A stretch of 64,000 nucleotides of DNA from Paramoeba atlantica (lineage: Eukaryota > Protista > Discosea), in NCBI GenBank assembly GCA_977017575.1, contig CDRNVI010000073.1, positions 1 to 64,000 on the forward strand, given 5' to 3'. How positions within the stretch are numbered: the first letter of the stretch is position 1; each line of letters starts with the position of its first letter. The notes below the pieces were generated by a model that had not been told where the DNA came from, ran no database searches, and saw only the letters and a program-made list of their open reading frames with translations. A program made the position numbers and the translations under genes. Shown piece by piece: positions 57,933-64,000 of this stretch.

Positions 57933-59939
57933 ATGCTCCACCCCACCCCCCTCCCCCGCATCAAAGCCCCCCGCAACACCTGCGTCGGCCCCGAGTACGA
58001 CCGCTGGTGGACCAAATACGACGCCTGGAGCACCTTTAACCGCATCCGTCGTCTCGTCGGCACCGGATTCTACATCCCCCCGGAGTGGTACCTCCACTTC
58101 CGACTCTTCCCCCCGCCCCACAACCTCGCTCGAGAGGAGCAAACCCTAAACCCCTATGCCCATGAGCCCCACAGGAGTGAAACCCAAAACAATACAAACC
58201 CTAACCCCTTTAATCATAATAATATTCATAATAGTAACCATAATAACCTTAGGAATAACCATAACCATACTAATCGGTACGATGGTAATAATACTATGCA
58301 CTCCCCCTTCCCTTCCTCTCGCGAACAACTTCGCGCAGAGCTCGCGACCCACAGTCGCACCGCCGCCTCCACGGGGAATCGGTACACCAATTTATTTTGA
58401 GTCCAGAAGCCCCTGGACGAGATGGAGCGGGCCTACCACCGGCGGGTCGCCCAGCACGGGCTCTCGCACCGGGAGGCCATGGAGGCGGTGGTGCGGGGGT
58501 ACTACGCGGGGGAGGGGGTGCGGCTGCGGGTCCACGCGCTGCACCGGGAGGAGGCCGCGCTCAGCGGCAAGTTCCTCTCGATGCGGGAGGGGATCGCGGC
58601 GGTCCACACGCTGGGGGTGCTGCAGCGGGAGGCGCTGGCCCCGGCGGATTACACCGCGCTGGCGTGTGGGGTGCGGCAGGGGCAGCGGGGGAATCGGAGG
58701 GTGGGGGTGCGGAAGGTGAGGGTGCGGAGGGGGGTGTGGGAGAGGGCGAGGGCGAGGGGAGAGGGAAAAAGGGGGAAGGGGGAGGAAAAGGGGAAAGAGG
58801 AAGGGGAAGAGGTGAAAAAGGGGGAACGAGGGAGTGTGGAGGATGCGGCAAAGGGTGATAAGGTGGAGGTAAAGGAGACAAAGCCTGGGGGGGAGGAGGT
58901 GGAAGGGGTCGGGGAGAAGGTAGTGGGAATTGGGGAAACGCAGAAGGCGTCGACTGAAACTGATAAACGTTCGGATGCCAGTGCCACGGATTCCGAGACA
59001 ACTGGCTTGGAAAAATCTCCTTCAGATTCAGAGTCTCTTGAGTCAAGCAAGGACACCTCTCCCCAGAGCTCTGTCCCTAGCGCTCTGGACTACCCTTTGG
59101 AGGTCCCAACTCTTACCACTTCTACTACAGTGGAGCTCCAAACACCTGTCTCACGTCTGCATGGGACTCTTGCCTCGCTACGTGAGCGACGCGCGCGACA
59201 AGCTGTCGGAACCTCTTCGTGGTACGATACAAAATCGAGTTTAGAGCCGACATCAGGTGCAGCGCCCATAGACGCTCCAACAGAAAATCAAGAACAGTCC
59301 ATTCAGAAAACGGAATCAAAGCAAGACACCTCACAAACTTCTGTACCTCACGAGCTAACCCCTACGGACGGGACCAAACCCGTTGAAGCTCCTTTTGGCT
59401 TATTTATGTCTGATCTTTCCGAGCGTCTCCATGACACCCCTTCTACGTCCGCCAAAACCCCTTCCTCGGAGAAGGGTTCCTCCGACACAACCTCCCCTAT
59501 CCCCCTTTCTAAAACTTTACCTCAGACACCCACTCGGGGTTCATCTCCCCTCTCTACCCCCTCTAAACCACACTCCCCTGGGTCCTCACCTAAAACAGGG
59601 AAGTCGGTTTCGGAACTTCTCCGTGCGCTGCACAAAACGAAACCGGAGAGTGAGAGACTCATGAGGGGTGGAGGGAGAGGGGGCGGTGGCGGGGGCTCCC
59701 GGGGCGGCATGGCCCCCGGTGAGGGTTTGAAACCATCGAAGGTGTCCTCATCCCCGGACAAAGCGTTCTCCTCTCATGACAAACCTCCCATGTCACCCAC
59801 AAGGTCCAAAAGCTCAGAGGATGGCGCCTCCTCTCTACTTCGGGGAATGGGACAGCGTCATTCCTCTCGAGGGAGAGGAAGTGGGCTCTCCGGTATTGGA
59901 GGTGGGGGAAGTCTCTTTGGAAAACGTGAGGGTAGGTAG
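57933..59939 (+). CDS. Probable mitochondrial ribosomal protein mS23-like, with in-frame TGA at 58398-58400 and a long disordered C-terminus
   Basis: STFNRIRRLVGTGFYIPPEWYLHFRLFPP resembles the mS23 N-terminal P-x-W-Y...F-P-P signature (from memory). ORFs 57933-58400 and 58422-59939 are in the same frame, separated by one TGA. Confidence 0.6.
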
Positions 59940-60242
59940 TGCATCGTGAAGGAAAGGCCTTTGCGAATCACTTTTTTTGTAAAAACATTTGTTGAAAAAG
60001 TTTACTTTTTGAATAGATAATAGGAAAGAGATGCTTTCGCGGTCGTTTCTAAAGAATGCATTATGAACTATGAAAATGAATTATGTTTTTATGCGCGGCT
60101 TTTATTTCGTGCACTTGCTACATAGTACTCTGCGAAAATCAGTAAGAGTGTGAGAATTGTTTTTTATCTTCAAGGATGTACATACCATGTTTGAGTCAGC
60201 GTTCTACGTTTTATACGCTTTTATATCTTACGTTTGAAAAAA

Positions 60243-60866
60243 ATGTATCTGCTGGACTTTGCTGCCACGCAGGATCCATCACAGACCATTTGCAAGTCTC
60301 GCCTTGCGAAAGTCACGGGCACTTCGTTACCTCTGGAACAAAACTTAATGCGCCTTTTATATGCCGTCGAAAATTCTCACTTGATTGTCGATAAGCAAAA
60401 GCCTGGGTGTGATTGGCGAGGCGTACACTGTAATGTTGGAGGCGATGTTCTTTATATTTCTTGGCCTCGTATGGAATTGCGTGGAGAACTGAATTTTGAG
60501 TTATTGCCTTCGAAAATGGAACGGTTTTATATTCAAGACAATCGCCTCTCTGGTGAGTTCCTCTTTGAATATTTGCCTCTAACTTTGGAGTTTTTTTCGA
60601 TTAAAGGCAATCGATTCACTGGAAACTTAAATTTTCATTACTTTTCGGAATCCATAAAGTACATTGATCTCGGCATGAACTTTTTTTCTGGGACGATTGA
60701 TTTTAGCCTACGCCCCTTATCTTTGCGTGAGATTTATTTGAACGGTAACACTGATCTGGAAGGTCATCTACAGCAAGGGTCAGTTCTGTTATACGATGTT
60801 CAAGGGACCCGAATTACAACGAACGAGGGTGAACTTTTTCGACGAAAGAACTACAAATATGGTTAG
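60243..60866 (+). CDS. Short leucine-rich repeat protein (LRR10)
   Basis: PGCDWRGVHC cap plus LRRs; ATG at 60243. Confidence 0.88.
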   Translation: MYLLDFAATQDPSQTICKSRLAKVTGTSLPLEQNLMRLLYAVENSHLIVDKQKPGCDWRGVHCNVGGDVLYISWPRMELRGELNFELLPSKMERFYIQDNRLSGEFLFEYLPLTLEFFSIKGNRFTGNLNFHYFSESIKYIDLGMNFFSGTIDFSLRPLSLREIYLNGNTDLEGHLQQGSVLLYDVQGTRITTNEGELFRRKNYKYG

Positions 60867-61395
60867 TACTGCTCCCTTCTTATGTTTTCTTTGTGTAGTA
60901 AAAATGCGAACGAAGCCTAAAATCAGCAGAGGAGAAAACTGGTCTATAAAAAACACTTAGAAAAGCTTAAAAAATGCATCGCAAAGTTCAATCAAAATCT
61001 AGAATTTACAAAGTTAACCCAAAAAACAAATTTTTCTCAAATATTATTCCAGTTTGTCTGTTACCGTCAAAACGCTTATTGAGGTAAGCAATAAATTGCG
61101 ATATTAAGGTATGTAATAAACAGCGTGAAGTGACACGTACTCGTTGGAGGACGGGTCTCATCGGTCCCCTTCAAGTGGACTTCCTCATTCGCTCGTTTAT
61201 TGTAATTGGAATTAATTCCAGAAATATGGTTTACAGAGATAAAATAAGGCTAGCAAAGGAAATTTCGCATTTTACTATGCCTGAAATACGATTAAACTAG
61301 TGTCATCAAGAATCAAATGTTCTTTATTAACGCTACTATGCTTATTCAAATTATATCATTACATCACTTAGGCACGATATTAAATACTAACAACA

Positions 61396-61950
61396 ATGTT
61401 CGTCGCTCTCTTCACTCTGTGGGTAACAATACCGCCTCAACTTTATTTTGAGGACACAGCACCTCAGTTATCTCGACTAGGCAAACCCCTTGCGGCTATG
61501 TTGCCCGAAGAAGTTTTACTTGTTCAATTTATTTCCAATCTCACCAACACAGACCGTAGTTGGCGAGCGACGAAGAAAAATATATTTCAAAAGACAAAAG
61601 TTGTGTCAGCTTGCACGTGGAGGGGTGTGCAATGTACCTCGGAGTCCAGAGTACAAGGATTGTGGTGGAATTACTTCAATCTGTCTGGAGAGCCAAACTG
61701 GCATTTTCTTCCGGCACATCTTCGTGATATTGATTTATCGTTTAATAAATTGACCGGCGAAGTACCATTTTCTGTTCTCCCACCGAGCCTGCGGATACTC
61801 CATTTACAGAATAACCAGTTTGTTGGTGAATTGCGCTTAAACGATCTTCCGTTCGGTATACGCAGCGCGCATCTGCAAAACAACGAATTCATCAAAAACA
61901 AGGGCTTCGCAGACAAATATCCGGAATCTCTCAAAGACCTTCACTATTGA
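61396..61950 (+). CDS. Short leucine-rich repeat protein (LRR11)
   Basis: Near-identical duplicate of LRR5. Confidence 0.88.
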   Translation: MFVALFTLWVTIPPQLYFEDTAPQLSRLGKPLAAMLPEEVLLVQFISNLTNTDRSWRATKKNIFQKTKVVSACTWRGVQCTSESRVQGLWWNYFNLSGEPNWHFLPAHLRDIDLSFNKLTGEVPFSVLPPSLRILHLQNNQFVGELRLNDLPFGIRSAHLQNNEFIKNKGFADKYPESLKDLHY

Positions 61951-63510
61951 AGTTATGAACCCTTTTCACGCAAAATGATTCTACTGATATGCATTGTACA
62001 CCATTGTAACAATTTTCAATGATTTGGAAAACATTTTTATGGGTCGACTTTAACACGCTGCGTTATTATGTGATTATAGTGCAGAGGTTTTCTTCACCAT
62101 TATTAACCCTACACCCCCTTTCATTAATAATGATAATTGGAGAGTCTGCAGGTGGGCTAGGTTTGGGTTCAAAAAACCTACAAGAACCGAGTACAAGAAC
62201 CTACACGGATCTACCGCCGAGAATGTCGTAAAGAAAGGGAACGGACTCGAGAAACTAAGATGGAGTTTTCAAGTTCTCAAAAGCGATGGTTAAGAGATTT
62301 GTTGGGAAAGTATTGCCGTGCTTGCAAACAAATTTTGGTCAAAGTGAAGCATTATTGCGTCTTTCTTGAAAAAAAATAGACGAAGATATTTGTTTTAGGT
62401 TTATGGACCGCTACTACATATTTCTTTCGATTTCGCTTCTAAAAAGCTGAGTCTGCACATTAATTAGAGATCCCAGCGAGCGACTCGCTCGCCAGCAATC
62501 AATGCTCGCTACGGTTCGGCTTCCAGCAGACAATTTAATCAATTGTGCTGTTGTGCGCAGTTCATAGTGATCAACCGTAAAAAAAGGTTGTGTTTTTAAT
62601 AATCTGACACACTCTAAAGGAAAACATATTTGTTTTAAACCTATATTTGAAAAATATTAAAAATATTTTTTTTGGCGCAATGATGCTTCACTTTCACCCA
62701 AATTTTCCTTCGAGTCGCTTCGTTTGGTTCATCAACAAGTATGAAGATCTACGTCCAGAGGTCCCTGCAAGCACCATCAGAATGGCAATTCCGCAGAAAA
62801 ATCTAAAAACGTGGCATGAGAACGTTAGTATCTCCCACTGTACCCTGGGTTTATTCTCTTTTTCCCCTTTATGTCAATGCAATATCGATAAAGCCCATCC
62901 TCCCTAGCACACGGTTCAGCCGCGCGCCACCACGAACGCACACCACATCATCTTCGGAGGATTCGGAACACAAAACACAGAAAGAAAATAGAAAGGGAAA
63001 GGGAAATAAAATCAGTTTCTATGACTTAATGATGTATTCTTTCTATGACTTAATTCAAATGTAGTAAATTAAGCATCCATGATTCATGTTGTATGTACTC
63101 AGTACAACAAAGTATGTTTGTATGTGCTCATGTTGACACATTATAAGGGCAGACAGATACATGTTAGGGATATATAATGTATGCTAGGGCAGGCGTCCTT
63201 TAGCCGAAATGGGCTACGGCGTTTGTGTAGGCAAAGAAGTGGTAAGGCATGGGGTATATACAAGTATAGTGTATAAAAAGGAAAGGGGTATATAAGGTAA
63301 GCAGAAAAAGAATATGATTTGAGGATAAATTGTTTATTTCTCTTTCCCAAATAATTTTTTATCGCATGTGACTAAACTAAAATATATTTTAAATAATAAA
63401 TATTCTTTTATCTGTTCTTGGCTACATTTTTATGAGCTTCCGCCCAAATAATCTTTTTTGCGTCGATTACTTTCTTTAAGTTTTTTAAACGGAAGCTCGA
63501 AAATTTAACG

Positions 63511-63609
63511 TGCCTGTAACACCATAACATGCCTGTAGCACCATAACATGTCTGTAGCGCAATAACGTGCCTGTAACACCATAACATGCCTGTAGTACAA
63601 TAACATGCC
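63511..63609. repeat. 19-bp VNTR, ~5 units
   Basis: TGCCTGTAACACCATAACA-type units; only ~2 units in the paralogous region near 40177-40215. Confidence 0.9.
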
Positions 63610-63711
63610 CCCTCGGCATGTTAACCTGTAGCGCCTTTTACTAGTTTACTAGTCCAAGCTATGGCCAAACTGTTTCACCGGTAATGTTTTCACGGTAAAA
63701 TACTTTTATTT

Positions 63712-63957
63712 ATGACTGCTCTTGCTCATCTCCTGAAGCTACATCTTACAACGTTTGCTGTGATCCGCACTGCCGACTCGCACATGTCTACGTCGCGTCC
63801 TTCTAAGGTGAGAAACACAGAACTTCCAGATGAATACAATCTGGAGCGTTTTCTTAGAAATGTGGGGAAGCAGCATGATTCGTGGAAGGTTGAGAATCCT
63901 GTTTCTATGTGGGATGGCGTCACATGTAACATGCTGGACATTGTGCATACAATGTAA
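63712..63957 (+). pseudogene. LRR12, duplicate of LRR6 interrupted at 63949
   Basis: Matches LRR6 up to GTGCATA, then unrelated sequence gives a premature TAA. Confidence 0.8.
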
Positions 63958-64000
63958 ATCCAATCGAAAACGTTTGGGGGGAACTCATGCAGCGCCTTGC

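Noticed and set aside
1509-59939. Genome-wide stop-codon reassignment
   Set aside because: Long genes are open under the standard code, end in TGA, TAA or TAG, and use TGG for Trp. Other in-frame stops (9408, 23692) are in decayed mobile-element ORFs.
46129-60242. Upstream ORF extensions at 46129, 53760, 56791 and 60234
   Set aside because: They rely on non-ATG starts or pyrimidine-rich intergenic sequence; paralogue alignment or the first plausible ATG places starts at 46390, 53961, 56902 and 60243.
61328-61340. TAACGCTACTAT as the 5' half of an SL exon
   Set aside because: Only ~8 matching bases, not followed by the rest of the exon; expected by chance in 64 kb.
1-64000. tRNA/rRNA genes and cis-spliced introns
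   Set aside because: No convincing cloverleaf or rRNA motif was seen by eye, and no host gene needs an intron to be read; a tRNAscan-SE/Infernal run would be the decisive check.

Overview
The first ~1.5 kb is bacterial (Bacteroidota-like): the 3' end of a PQQ/glucose-sorbosone dehydrogenase gene, murQ and a DeoR-family regulator fragment, each with 1-bp frameshifts. It is fused directly into the middle of a eukaryotic DEAH-helicase gene, most likely a chimeric join. The other ~62.5 kb looks like a kinetoplastid/euglenozoan protist chromosome (inference): all host genes are intronless and on the + strand, and fragments of the kinetoplastid spliced-leader (SL) exon are present. Host genes are a DEAH/RHA helicase, a SET-domain protein, a BTB/KCTD-type protein, two hypothetical membrane proteins, a probable mitoribosomal mS23 with one in-frame TGA, and 12 paralogous short LRR genes (2 broken). 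Intergenic DNA is dense with mobile elements: Tc1/IS630-type and pogo-type remnants, many TA-targeting MITEs, tyrosine-recombinase and CCHC gag-like fragments, and more than 12 copies of a non-coding element with a ~101-bp hairpin at one end and a short hairpin at the other (Helentron/Helitron2-like). The most novel signals are: dispersed elements headed by half an SL exon plus a 5' splice site and a co-varying RNA structure; the hairpin-ended family with rolling-circle-like 3' read-through; and a C-rich to G-rich skew switch repeated inside housekeeping genes. All calls come from reading the sequence; no database searches were run.
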